A stretch of DNA of 64,000 bases from Dehalococcoidia bacterium (GCA_963667465.2 CAXXDN010000002.1:256001-320000); one strand, 5' to 3'; shown: positions 50,052 through 59,492, counted from the stretch's first letter. Translations and numbers: made by a program. The notes: generated from the sequence alone by a model not told the origin.

Positions 50052-50891
50052 TCACCCAAGAAACGGCCGTGCAGCCCCCACGAGCCGCAGGGCGTGGGCG
50101 TGCGCCTCGACATCGTGGGCGCGGATGACGTGGGCGCCGCGGGCGGCGGCCAGCGTGTGGAAGGCGAGCGTCGCCTCCAGCAGGCCGGGGGCGTCCTGCC
50201 GCTTCTCGTGTCCCAGCGCCTCGGCGAGGAAGCCCTTGCGCGAGGCGGAGACGAGCACGGGGTAGCCTTCGGCGGCGAGCGCCGGCAGGTCGCCGAGCAG
50301 CCGCAGGTTGTCCTCCAGCGACTTCGCGAACTCGAAGCCGGGGTCGAGCCAGGGGCGCGGCGCGCCGGCCGCCTCGAGGGCGTTCGCGCGCTCGAGCAGG
50401 AAGGCGCGCACCTCGCCGCCGATGTCGTCGTAGGTCTGGTCCACGGCGTAGTGGCCGTGCGGGCGGCCGCGCATGTGCATGACGACGCCGGGCAGGCCGT
50501 GCCCCGCGGCGACGGCGATCAGCTTCGGGTCGCGGAAGCCGCTGACGTCGTTGAGCAGGTGCGCGCCGGCCTCGGCGGCGGCGCGGGCGACGGCAGGTGT
50601 CCACGTGTCGACCGAGACGGGGACGCCCTCGCCGCTGAGCGCCTCGATCACCGGCGCGACGCGCTCGATCTCCTCCTGCGCCTCGATCTCCGCGGCCCTC
50701 GATGAGGTCGAGTGTGCGCCGACGTCAATGATGTCGGCGCCCTGCTCGTGCAGCTCGCGCGCCCGCGCGAGCGCCTTCGAGGGGTCGACAACGGAGGCGG
50801 CGATCGGCGAGTCGCGGGAGACGTTGAGGATCGCCATGATCGCGGCGCGCCCGCTGGTGTCGATGCGGTGCTCGCCGAGCTGGAGCAGCAC
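50052..50891 (-). CDS. folP: Dihydropteroate synthase
   Basis: IMAILNV, IDVGAHST, SVDT, LNDVSG, DPGF.FAK, SRK, RAHDV. Confidence 0.92.
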   Translation of the reverse strand: MLLQLGEHRIDTSGRAAIMAILNVSRDSPIAASVVDPSKALARARELHEQGADIIDVGAHSTSSRAAEIEAQEEIERVAPVIEALSGEGVPVSVDTWTPAVARAAAEAGAHLLNDVSGFRDPKLIAVAAGHGLPGVVMHMRGRPHGHYAVDQTYDDIGGEVRAFLLERANALEAAGAPRPWLDPGFEFAKSLEDNLRLLGDLPALAAEGYPVLVSASRKGFLAEALGHEKRQDAPGLLEATLAFHTLAAARGAHVIRAHDVEAHAHALRLVGAARPFLG

Positions 50892-51024
50892 GCGGCATCC
50901 TCCTCGTAGCGCGGGCGTGCGCCCGCTGCGCTGCGAGTCTACGCGCGGCCCCGGCTACGGGGCGTGGGTGGACTGTCGCAGCGCTGCGCCGCGTCGTAGA
51001 GTCGCCGGGAAGGCCAAGGGGTGT

Positions 51025-51222
51025 ATGCCGAAGGTACGGGAAGCGATCCGTCTCGTGGAGCGTGACGGGTGGGAGCTGGACCGTACGCGCGGAAGCCACC
51101 GCCAATACCGGCATCCGCACAAGCCCGGTACCGTGACGATCGCGGGCCGGCCGAGCAAGGACCTGGCGCCCGGGACATGGAATAACATCCTCAAGCAAGC
51201 GGGACTCAGCAGAGGAGACTAG
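51025..51222 (+). CDS. hicA: HicA mRNA interferase toxin
   Basis: GW...RTRGSHRQYRHP...GTVT...ILKQAGL. Confidence 0.92.
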   Translation: MPKVREAIRLVERDGWELDRTRGSHRQYRHPHKPGTVTIAGRPSKDLAPGTWNNILKQAGLSRGD

Positions 51223-51223
51223 G

Positions 51224-51430
51224 GTGAAGTACACCGTCGTCATCGAAAGGACCGACAACGGGTACTCGGCATACGCGCCGGACTTGCCGGGCTGCATCGC
51301 CGCTGGTGATTCCGTGGCCGAAGTCGAGGCACTGATCCGTGAGGCGATCATCCTGCACCTGCAGTCGCTTCGGGAGCACGGCGACCCGGTCCCCGAACCG
51401 CAAGCGTCCGCCGCTCTGGTCGAGGTGTAG
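51224..51430 (+). CDS. hicB: HicB antitoxin (short)
   Basis: YSAYAPDLPGCIAAGDS.....IREAI. Confidence 0.92.
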   Translation: MKYTVVIERTDNGYSAYAPDLPGCIAAGDSVAEVEALIREAIILHLQSLREHGDPVPEPQASAALVEV

Positions 51431-51447
51431 CTTCGCGCGAGGCATCG

Positions 51448-52290
51448 ATGACTGAAGAGACTGACGGAGATCCCGGCGAGGCGACAGGCGACGGCGCGCC
51501 CGCACCCGCACCCGAGGGCGAACCGGTGCTGGTGGCGGTGGACTTCACCGCCAACGAGTTGCGCGTGCTGTTCAGCGACCTGCACGGCAGGCCGGTCGAG
51601 CGCGGCGACTGGCCGCTGCCCCCACTCGCCGGCGAGCAGGCCTGGTCGTGGGAGGTCGGCGGGCGGATCGCAACGCTGTTCGCGGCCAACGGCGAGCGCC
51701 GCTCCGCACTCGCGATCGCCGTCGCCGCACCCGGCGTCGTCGACCCGCTGAGCGGGCGCCTCACGGACTCGGCGGGCCAGGCGGACTGGGAGGGCCTCTC
51801 GATCGTCGAGGCGCTGAGACGGCACTTCGACGCGCCGATCGCCTGTGAGGGCCGCACGCTGGCCGCGCTGCAGGGCGAGCGCTGGCAGGGGGCCGCGCAG
51901 GCCCTCGACGACGTGCTCTACGTCTCGCTGCGAGGCGTACCCGCGGCTGCGGCAGTCGTCGGCGGGCGGCCCGTGCGCGGAGCGCGTTTCGCCGCCGGCC
52001 AGCTGCCGGCGATGCCCGAGCTCACGCCGGGTGAGCCGATCAGCGACGAGGAACTCGAGACTGCGTCCGGCCTGCTCGCCGACGCGAGCGCACTGCTCGA
52101 CCCCGACATAGTGCTGATCGACGGCGAGGAGCACCACCGCAGCCGCCTGATCCCGCTGCTGCAGCGCGTCCTCGACGAGGTCGCGCCCGGCCCGCGCGTC
52201 GTCGCCTCGGCGCTTGGTGAGGGCGCGGCGCTGGCGGGCGCGCTGCGCATGGCCTCGACGCTGGCGTACGAGGGAGAGCGCAAGCCATGA
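51448..52290 (+). CDS. ROK family protein (degenerate)
   Basis: AVAAPGVVD, ALQGERWQG, AGQL, LLDPDIVLI, AALAGA; canonical END motif absent. Confidence 0.75.
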   Translation: MTEETDGDPGEATGDGAPAPAPEGEPVLVAVDFTANELRVLFSDLHGRPVERGDWPLPPLAGEQAWSWEVGGRIATLFAANGERRSALAIAVAAPGVVDPLSGRLTDSAGQADWEGLSIVEALRRHFDAPIACEGRTLAALQGERWQGAAQALDDVLYVSLRGVPAAAAVVGGRPVRGARFAAGQLPAMPELTPGEPISDEELETASGLLADASALLDPDIVLIDGEEHHRSRLIPLLQRVLDEVAPGPRVVASALGEGAALAGALRMASTLAYEGERKP

Positions 52291-52727
52291 CGCAGCAGCC
52301 CCCACAGTCTGACCTGCCCTTCGAACCGCCTCCGGAGCGGCAGTACTCCGTCCAGCTGCACGCGGAGGGCGTCGGCACGCTGCTCGGCGCGATCGCGTGG
52401 GTCATGGGCGCCCTGGCGATCATGCGCGACCGCGGCCACGCCGAAGGCAACGAGGAGCTGCACGAGCTGCAGGAGACCATCGAGCCGCGCCTCGAGGCGC
52501 TGCTCAACGACCTCGCGATGTCGCGCGGGGCGGTCGAGGGCGGCGCCGACACGGAACTCGGCCAGCGCGTCGAGGACGCCTACACGCGCGTTCGCGAGGC
52601 GTTCGAGCGCTGGATCCAGCTCACCGCCGTCGACACCGCCAGCGTCGCGATCGGCCAGCGGCTCGCCGAGATCGCCGACGATGCGGACACGGAGCCCGAA
52701 GCGGGCGAAGCGGCGGACGAGGCGTAG
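52287..52727 (+). CDS. Hypothetical helical protein
   Basis: ATGA-coupled to the ROK gene; protein-like acidic composition. Confidence 0.65.
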   Translation: MTQQPPQSDLPFEPPPERQYSVQLHAEGVGTLLGAIAWVMGALAIMRDRGHAEGNEELHELQETIEPRLEALLNDLAMSRGAVEGGADTELGQRVEDAYTRVREAFERWIQLTAVDTASVAIGQRLAEIADDADTEPEAGEAADEA

Positions 52728-52771
52728 CGTCCCGTCCGGGACGCCTGGAGGCAGACCAGCAGGAGGTAGTC

Positions 52772-53653
52772 ATGGCATTCGCACACCCGGAGTCCCTCGT
52801 CTCAACCGAGTGGCTGGCGGAGCACCTGGCGGACGACGCCGTCCGGGTCTTCGAGGCGACCGTGTTCCTGCGACCCCGCGACGGCGGCGGTTACAACGTC
52901 GAATCGGGCCGGGCCGAGTACGAGTCGGGACACATCCCCGGCGCAGGCTTCCTCGATCTGCAGGGCGAATTCTCCGACAACGACCAGCGGCTGCGCTTCA
53001 TGATGCCCTCGGCCGAGGCATTCGCCGAGGCGGCCGGGCGGCATGGCATCTCGGAGGCGTCGAGGCTGATCCTCTACGACCGCTCGGGCTCGACGTGGGC
53101 GGCGCGGCTGTGGTGGATGTTCCGCTCGATGGGCTGCGAGGGCGCGGCGGTACTCGACGGCGGCTGGCGCGGCTGGACCGCCGAGGGCCGGGCCGTCTCG
53201 ACCGATGCGGCGACGTACGCGCCCGCGACCTTCACACCGACTGCCGACCCGGCCCGCTTCGCCGACCTCGGCGAGGTCCGGGCGTTCGTCGATTCGGGCG
53301 CCGCGGGCGGGAGCTGCCTGATCAACGCGCTGGGGCCGGACCAGCACTCCGGCGCCGACGGCGGGCGGACCTACGGGCGCCCCGGCCACATCCCCGGCGC
53401 GACCAACGTGCCGGCGGGACAGCTGCTCGATCGCGACACCGGACGCTACCGGCCGGCTGAGGAGCTGGGGCCACTTTTCGAGCAGGCGGGCGCCGACAGG
53501 ACGCAGCGCGTAGTCACGTACTGCGGCGGGGGCATTGCCGCCTCCAACGACGCCTTCGTACTCGCGCTGCTCGGCTACGAGGACGTCGCCGTCTACGACG
53601 CCTCGATGTCGGAGTACGCCGCCGATCCTGCGCTGCCGCTCGTCGTCGACTGA
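52772..53653 (+). CDS. Tandem rhodanese sulfurtransferase (SseA-like)
   Basis: LVSTEWL, GHIPGA twice, LDGG..W, YCGGG, YDASMSEY. Confidence 0.93.
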   Translation: MAFAHPESLVSTEWLAEHLADDAVRVFEATVFLRPRDGGGYNVESGRAEYESGHIPGAGFLDLQGEFSDNDQRLRFMMPSAEAFAEAAGRHGISEASRLILYDRSGSTWAARLWWMFRSMGCEGAAVLDGGWRGWTAEGRAVSTDAATYAPATFTPTADPARFADLGEVRAFVDSGAAGGSCLINALGPDQHSGADGGRTYGRPGHIPGATNVPAGQLLDRDTGRYRPAEELGPLFEQAGADRTQRVVTYCGGGIAASNDAFVLALLGYEDVAVYDASMSEYAADPALPLVVD

Positions 53654-53741
53654 GCGGCTGAGGGCTCCCGCCGCACGGGCGAGCGCCCGTGCCCTACCAT
53701 GCGCCCCGCACGAGCCCGCAGAGAGCGGAGAGGAGCCCTCG

Positions 53742-54677
53742 ATGTCCCTCGCAGACCGAACGCCTCCGACCGTCGACGAGTTCCGCGCCTACCGGGAGCG
53801 CTACAGCAACTGGGGTCGCTGGGGCGAGGACGACCAGTTCGGCGCGCTCAACCTGATCACGCCCGAGGCGCGCGCGGCGGCCGCCGCGACCGTGCGTGAG
53901 GGCCGCTCGGTCTCGCTCTCCTACCCGCTGGCGATGGAGCCGGGACCGGAGAACCTGGAGCCCGTCCAGCACGAGATGCGGCTCGATGACGACCACTGCT
54001 CGGACTTCATCGGCATTGCCTACCACGGGCGCGCGAACACCCACCTCGACGCGCTCTGCCACGTCTACACGCGCGCCGGCGGCGAGCTCTTCAACGGCCA
54101 CTCCTCGGCGGAGCACATCACTCCCGAGGGCGCGACCACGCTCTCCGTCGACCACTGGCGCGAGGGCATCGTGACGCGCGGGGTGCTCTACGACATCCCA
54201 CGGCTGCGGGGCGCGGACTTCGTGACTCGCAAGGAGCCGGTGCACGGCTGGGAGCTGGCCGACGCCGCCGAGGCGGCAGGCATCGAGCCGCGCGCGGGCG
54301 ACGCCGTGGTGATTCGCTCCGGCGCGGGTCCGTTCTACGCGGCCCATCCCGGCTTCCCCACGGGCTACGACGACCCGTCGCGCCCGGGCGTGCACGCTTC
54401 CTGCCTGGAGTTCTTCCACGCCAACGACGCTTCGCTGCTGGTCTGGGACCTGATGGACGCGCCGATGCACAACGAGGATGGCTCGGTGCTGATGGGCGCG
54501 CCGCTGCACCGCCTCACGATCCCGTACCTCGGTATGCCGCTGCTCGACAACGCGCAGCTCGAGGACATCGCCGAGGCGTGCGCGGCGGCGGGGCGCTGGG
54601 AGTTCATGCTGGTGGTCGCGCCGCTTGTCGTGCCGCGCGGCACCGGCTCACCCGTCAACCCGATCGCCGTGTTATAA
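53742..54677 (+). CDS. Cyclase family metal hydrolase
   Basis: SNWGRWG..D, HGRANTHLDALCH, RGVLYD, GTGSPVNP. Confidence 0.88.
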   Translation: MSLADRTPPTVDEFRAYRERYSNWGRWGEDDQFGALNLITPEARAAAAATVREGRSVSLSYPLAMEPGPENLEPVQHEMRLDDDHCSDFIGIAYHGRANTHLDALCHVYTRAGGELFNGHSSAEHITPEGATTLSVDHWREGIVTRGVLYDIPRLRGADFVTRKEPVHGWELADAAEAAGIEPRAGDAVVIRSGAGPFYAAHPGFPTGYDDPSRPGVHASCLEFFHANDASLLVWDLMDAPMHNEDGSVLMGAPLHRLTIPYLGMPLLDNAQLEDIAEACAAAGRWEFMLVVAPLVVPRGTGSPVNPIAVL

Positions 54678-54710
54678 GCCCGCTTCGCGAGCCAGCCTGA
54701 GGCCGAGTGC

Positions 54711-55577
54711 CTACGCCTCGGCCTGGTCGTAGCCCTCGTCGATGTGCTCGAAGCGCCTCGCGACGACGCGGCGCGTCTCCGTGTGGGTGAGGATGTAGGC
54801 GCGCCGCTCGCGCACGCCCGCGAGGACCGCGCGGCCCACATCGAGCGGGTCGCGGCGTGCGTCGGGGGAGCGGCTCGGGTCACGCGGCGCGACGCGCTGC
54901 GCGATGATCGGCGCGGGGATGTCGCGCGCCGGTCCGAACGCGTCCTGCCGGTTGCGTTGCGCCTCGCCGATGCGCGTGTGCGTGGCGCCGGGGCAGAACA
55001 GCGTGACGTCGATGCCCCCGGGCGCCAACTCGAGGCGCAGCGACTCGGTCAGCCCGACGACGGCGAACTTGGAGGCGACGTAACCGCCGAGGTTGCCGCC
55101 GCCGCGCCCGGCGACGAGCCCGGACATCGACGACGTGTTGATGATCTGAGCGCGTGTGCCGTCCTCGTCTGGCTCCTGCTCTTGCATGCGCGGCACGAAG
55201 ACCTGCACGCCGTTGAGCACCCCGTAGAGGTTCACGGCGAGCATCCAGTCGAGGTCGCTCGCCGGCATCTCGGCCGTTGGGCCGAAGACCAGCACCCCGG
55301 CATTGTTGAACAGCACGTCGACGGCGCCGAACTCGCCGTAGGCCATGTCGGCCAGCGCGCCCACCGAGGCCGGGTCGGACACGTCGGCGGAAGCCCCCAG
55401 GCTGCGCACGCCGTGCTCGCGCACGAGCGCCGCCGTCTCCTCCGCCGCGCCGCCCTCGATGTCCGCCACGACGACGTGCATGCCCAGCTCCGCCGCGGCG
55501 AGGCAGATGCCGCGCCCGATCCCGCTGCCACCGCCCGTCACCACCGCCACGCGCCCTCCGAGGTCACGCATCGCCAT
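54711..55577 (-). CDS. SDR oxidoreductase
   Basis: TGGGSGIG, NNAG, YVASK. Confidence 0.93.
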   Translation of the reverse strand: MAMRDLGGRVAVVTGGGSGIGRGICLAAAELGMHVVVADIEGGAAEETAALVREHGVRSLGASADVSDPASVGALADMAYGEFGAVDVLFNNAGVLVFGPTAEMPASDLDWMLAVNLYGVLNGVQVFVPRMQEQEPDEDGTRAQIINTSSMSGLVAGRGGGNLGGYVASKFAVVGLTESLRLELAPGGIDVTLFCPGATHTRIGEAQRNRQDAFGPARDIPAPIIAQRVAPRDPSRSPDARRDPLDVGRAVLAGVRERRAYILTHTETRRVVARRFEHIDEGYDQAEA

Positions 55578-56607
55578 CGTCCTTTCCCGCGCCGTTCGTT
55601 CCGGTCAGGCCAAACTCCTCGGCCAGCAGCTCGTAGGAGCGCAGCCGGTCCTTGTAGTCGTACGTGATCGTCACGACCACGAACTCGTCGACCGCGAGCT
55701 CCCGGGCGAGCGCCTCGAGGCGATCGCGCAGGCGCTGCGGGCCGCCGACGAGGCTGGTCTGCTTCTGATACTCGATGAAGTCGAGCTCGGGCTGTGAGAG
55801 GCGCTCGGCCTCGGGGTCGTCGGGTGGAGGCACGCCGATGCGCAGGCCCTGGCGATTGCGCAGGCGCCACAGCCAGCGGCTCATCGCCAGCCGCTCGGCC
55901 TCCTCGTCCGTCTCGGCGCAGAGTGCGGAGACGCCGGCATTGACGAGTGGCTCGTCGAGCCACTGCGAGGGCCGGAAGAGGCGCCGGTAGAGCGTGATCG
56001 CCTCGCCGGCCCACTCGGCCTGGATGAAGTGCGCGAAGGAGAAGGGCAGCCCCTGCTCCGCCGCCGTGCTGGCGCTGTCCAGCGAGGAGCCGAGCAGCCA
56101 CGGCGTCGGGACGCTCTCGCCGCGCGGCTGGGCGTGGATGCCGGTCAGCGGGTGGCCCTCGGGCAGCTCGTCGCGGAGCAGCCGCATCAGGTCGGCGACC
56201 TGGCGCGGGTAGTGAGCGACATCGCGCATGCCCGGCCCCGGCGCGAGCGCCGCCGAGGTGCGGCCGTCCGTGCCCGGCGCGCGCCCCAGCCCGAGGTCGA
56301 TGCGGCCGGGGAACATCGTCTCCAGCATCCGGAACTGCTCGGCCACCTTGAGCGACGAGTAATGCGGCAGCATCACGCCGCCCGAGCCCACGCGAATGCG
56401 CGACGTCACCGAGGCGACGCGCGGGATCAGCACCTCGGGCGCGGCGCAGGCGAGCCCGCTGCTGTTGTGGTGCTCCGCCAGCCAGTAGCGGGTGTAGCCG
56501 AGCCGCTCTGTCGCCTGCGCGAGCTGCAGCGTCTCCTCGATCGCCCCGGCGGCCGTGCCGCCCTGGCGGATCGGCGACTGATCGAGGACGCCGAGGGTGA
56601 TCGCCAC
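55564..56607 (-). CDS. LLM-class flavin-dependent oxidoreductase (YhbW-like)
   Basis: VLDQSP, WLAEHH, GSGGVML, DLGLGRAPG, LGSS. Confidence 0.92.
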   Translation of the reverse strand: MAITLGVLDQSPIRQGGTAAGAIEETLQLAQATERLGYTRYWLAEHHNSSGLACAAPEVLIPRVASVTSRIRVGSGGVMLPHYSSLKVAEQFRMLETMFPGRIDLGLGRAPGTDGRTSAALAPGPGMRDVAHYPRQVADLMRLLRDELPEGHPLTGIHAQPRGESVPTPWLLGSSLDSASTAAEQGLPFSFAHFIQAEWAGEAITLYRRLFRPSQWLDEPLVNAGVSALCAETDEEAERLAMSRWLWRLRNRQGLRIGVPPPDDPEAERLSQPELDFIEYQKQTSLVGGPQRLRDRLEALARELAVDEFVVVTITYDYKDRLRSYELLAEEFGLTGTNGAGKDDGDA

Positions 56608-56690
56608 GCTGCCGCTCCGTCCGCTCGCGCTGTTGCGTTACGCGTCAGGGTACCGCGAGCGTCGCTCTGCGGCGCGGGGGCGCCGGACGC

Positions 56691-56719
56691 AAAGCGGGCG
56701 CGCTCATGGCGCGCCCGCT
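56691..56719 (-). terminator. Probable terminator of the thiolase/DUF35 operon
   Basis: 11-bp stem AGCGGGCGCGC/GCGCGCCCGCT with a short U tail on the minus strand. Confidence 0.55.
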
Positions 56720-56744
56720 GGCTGTGCCGCGCTAGGTGGCGGCC

Positions 56745-57170
56745 TTACGAGGCGACCGGCCTCCACTGCGGCAGCGTCCAGTCGTCGTCGACCTTCTCGA
56801 AGTAGACCTCGACGGGCAGGTCGCAGACGGCTTCCTCGACGGGGATGTCGACGTTGCCCATCATGCGCAGGCCCTCGTCGAGCTGGATCACTCCGAAGAT
56901 GTAGGGCACACGCTCCTGGAACCATGGATCCTGCGCCTGGGCGATGATCGTGAAGGTGTGGAGCCGCCCCTTGCCGCTCACCTCCACCCACTCGTAGTCG
57001 TTGGAGAAGCAGTGCGGGAGCGGGCAGAACTCGCGTGGGTACCAGAACAGCCGGCTGCAGGCGTTGCAGCGCTGGACCGTGAGCCGCTCCTCCTTCGTCG
57101 CCTCCCAGAAGGGCTCGGTGAGTGCGTTCGCCTGCGGTACGGGCCGCTTCGGGCCATCGTCGTTGGTCAT
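56745..57170 (-). CDS. Zn-ribbon/OB-fold DUF35 protein
   Basis: PFWE, QRCNAC, YPR.FCP..HC, SGKG, LDEG.RMMGN, PQW. Confidence 0.92.
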   Translation of the reverse strand: MTNDDGPKRPVPQANALTEPFWEATKEERLTVQRCNACSRLFWYPREFCPLPHCFSNDYEWVEVSGKGRLHTFTIIAQAQDPWFQERVPYIFGVIQLDEGLRMMGNVDIPVEEAVCDLPVEVYFEKVDDDWTLPQWRPVAS

Positions 57171-57259
57171 CGTCCGCGTCCCCTCCTGCTCCTGTCACCC
57201 GCCGCCACTGGAGGCGGCGGGCGCGCTCCGGCGCTTCGTTCAAGGTGGCTACCGTTTGG

Positions 57260-58426
57260 TTACTTGGGGTCCTTCCCGAGGACCAGTGAGCACATCACGC
57301 TCAGTCCGCCACCTCAGCCGTTGACGAAGCAGTAATCCACCGTTTCCTTCTGGCGGCCCTCGCCGCGGCCCATCAGCTGGCGCACCGCCTCCGTGGCGTG
57401 CGACATGCCTCCGGCGGTGCCGGGCTGGCCGAACGAGAGCTGGCCGCCGTGGGTGTTCACGGCGATGCCGTCGCTCTTGTAGGTGACGTCCTCGTTCGCG
57501 AAGTACGTTCCGCCCTCGCCCTTGGGGGCGAAGCCGGCGTCCTCGAACTCGATGATCACCGTGATCGTGTAGCAGTCGTACAGCGAGGCGATGTCCATCT
57601 CGTTGGGCCCAACGCCGGCCATCTTGTAGGCGGCGCGGGCCGAGAGCTCGACCGGGGACTTCGTCATGCGGTCCACGTAGGTGATGCCCGGCACGCCGCG
57701 GTCCATCGAGTGACCGACGCCGAGGATGTAGACGGGGTCGTGCGGGGATGACTCGACGGCCTCCGGGCGGCTCACCATCAGCGCCGCGGCGCCGAGGGTC
57801 GGCATCACGCACTCGAGCAGGGTCAGCGGGTTCGCGACCATGCGCGAGTTGAGCACATCGTCGGTGGTCGCGGGGGTGCCGTAGAAGGCCGCATCCGGGT
57901 TCGCCTGGGCGTTCTCCCGCTGCTGCACCGCGATCGCGACGCGCTCCTCGTCGGTGAGGCCGAACTCGTGCTTGTAGCGGTTGGCGACCAGCGCGTACCA
58001 GAAGTTCGCGCCGGGGCCCGGTCCGAACGGACCGGCGAACTGCGGGAACTGGCCGCCGATGGCGCCACCACCGCCGCCGCCGAAGCCGCCGACCTCGCCG
58101 GAGGTGACCAGGCAGAGCACGTTGTTGGCCAGTCCGGAATTGACGGCCATCGCCGCGATGGCGACCGACGTGGGGCCGGACGAGCCCATCATGTTCACGC
58201 CGTGCGCCCAGGTCGGCTGGATGCCGAGGGTCTCCGCGAACTCACAGGTGTTGAGGAAGGGGATCTCCGTGATCAGCCCGTCCACCTGCTCCTTGAGCAG
58301 GCCCGAGTCCTCGATGCAGAGGCGCGCCGCCTCCTGCGCCAGGCCGGGGCCGGTGCGGCCGGGCTTGCGCCGCTCCGGCTTCAGTTCGCCGATTCCGATG
58401 ATCGAGGCCGCTCCGCGCAGGCTCAT
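57260..58426 (-). CDS. Thiolase-superfamily (SCP2/Ltp2-type) protein with in-frame TGA, candidate selenoprotein
   Basis: LYDCYT, EDAGFAPKGEGG, NTHGGQLS, EAVRQL; TGA at 57314-57316 followed in frame by GGGLSVMCSLVLGKDPK-TAA. Confidence 0.8.
57280..57307 (-). promoter_or_regulatory. SECIS-like hairpin 3' of the thiolase UGA
   Basis: GGAC-TGAGCG-TGATG-TGCTCA-CTG-GTCC; upper stem starts after a 10-nt spacer from UGA. Confidence 0.6.
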
Positions 58427-58652
58427 CGGCAGCTCCTCCCGCTCGCGTCTGGGCAGGCTCGCGAATGGCAGATCGGTTCCCGCCCTTCGCGTCTTCATCG
58501 AATCTAACAGTCCGCGAGCAGGCTAGCGAACCCTTGACTTTGCTCCAACGCTACATAACGGCAGAAAATTGGCGCCGATTCCGGAATCGGCGCACGCGGG
58601 TGCGATCCGGCCGCCCGACGGCGCTAGAATCCGAAACCGAGGGAGGCCGCCC

Positions 58653-58904
58653 ATGAGCGAAGAGCAGGGAGTCGAGATCACGGTCGAGTACTGCGTGCCG
58701 TGCAGCTATCTCGCCCGCGCGCAGTGGATGATCGGCGAGATCATGTACGACATCCAGGACGACGTACGAAGGCTGGAGATGCGCACCGGCGACGGCGGCT
58801 GCTTCGAGTGGTCCGTGGACGGTGAGCTGGTCTTCAGCAAGAAACAGAGCGGGCGCTTCCCGGAGATCGAGGAACTCAAGGAACTGATCTACTCGCGCGT
58901 CTGA
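58653..58904 (+). CDS. Rdx (SelT/SelW/SelH) family protein, CxxC form
   Basis: VEYCVPC, GGCFE..VDGELVFSK, GRFPE; TAGAAT -10 and GGAGG SD. Confidence 0.9.
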   Translation: MSEEQGVEITVEYCVPCSYLARAQWMIGEIMYDIQDDVRRLEMRTGDGGCFEWSVDGELVFSKKQSGRFPEIEELKELIYSRV

Positions 58905-58935
58905 TCGTGCGACTGGAGGCACCGAGGAGCGGAAG

Positions 58936-59492
58936 ATGAGCAACACGATCCGGGTCTACGACCCCACGGGCCACGCCCCCGTCGAGCAGTACCCGCTGGC
59001 GCCGCTGCCCGCCTCGCTCGACGGCCTGCGCCCCGGCATCGTCGAGAACCGCAAGGCCAACGCTGGCCTGCTGATGCGGCAGCTGGTCGCGGGCCTGCGC
59101 GAACACTTCGAGCTCGGCGAGCTGACGACGATCGGCAAGCCGAGCGCCGGACCGCCGACGAAGCGCAACGAGCGCAAGCTCGTGGAGGGAGCCGACTTCG
59201 CTCTCATCGGATCGAGCGACTGAGGATCCTGCACGGCGTGGAGTGTCCACGCCTCCATCCTCTTCGAGCGGCAGGGCATCCCCACCGTCAACATCACCAC
59301 CGAGGCGTTCGTCAGCCTGTTCGAGCTCGAGGCCGAGCAGCGCGGCATGCCGGACCTGCGCTACATCGTGGTGCCGCACCCGATCGGCGGCATCCGGGAA
59401 GACGCCGTCGCCGAGAAGGCCCGCGCCTCCATCCGGACCTGCTGGCGTCGCTTACGCCCGAGCCCGTGCCGATCGCCGGTGGCGACCGATGA
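58936..59492 (+). CDS. UGSC-family selenoprotein (Sec at 59221-59223; apparent 1-nt frameshift near 59434)
   Basis: GIVENRKANA, GSSD-TGA-GSCTAWSVH, ERQGIPTV, VVPHPIG in one frame. Confidence 0.85.
59235..59253 (+). promoter_or_regulatory. Bacterial SECIS element
   Basis: Perfect stem GGCGTGGA-GTG-TCCACGCC after an 11-nt spacer from UGA. Confidence 0.8.

Noticed and set aside
50473-51222. 249-aa HicA fusion
   Set aside because: The upstream part is antisense to folP; HicA starts at ATG 51025
57198-57221. 9-bp hairpin between the thiolase and DUF35 genes as SECIS or terminator
   Set aside because: Too far from the UGA and no U tail; at most an mRNA stability element
58653-58904. Rdx protein as a selenoprotein
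   Set aside because: Both codons of CVPC are TGC
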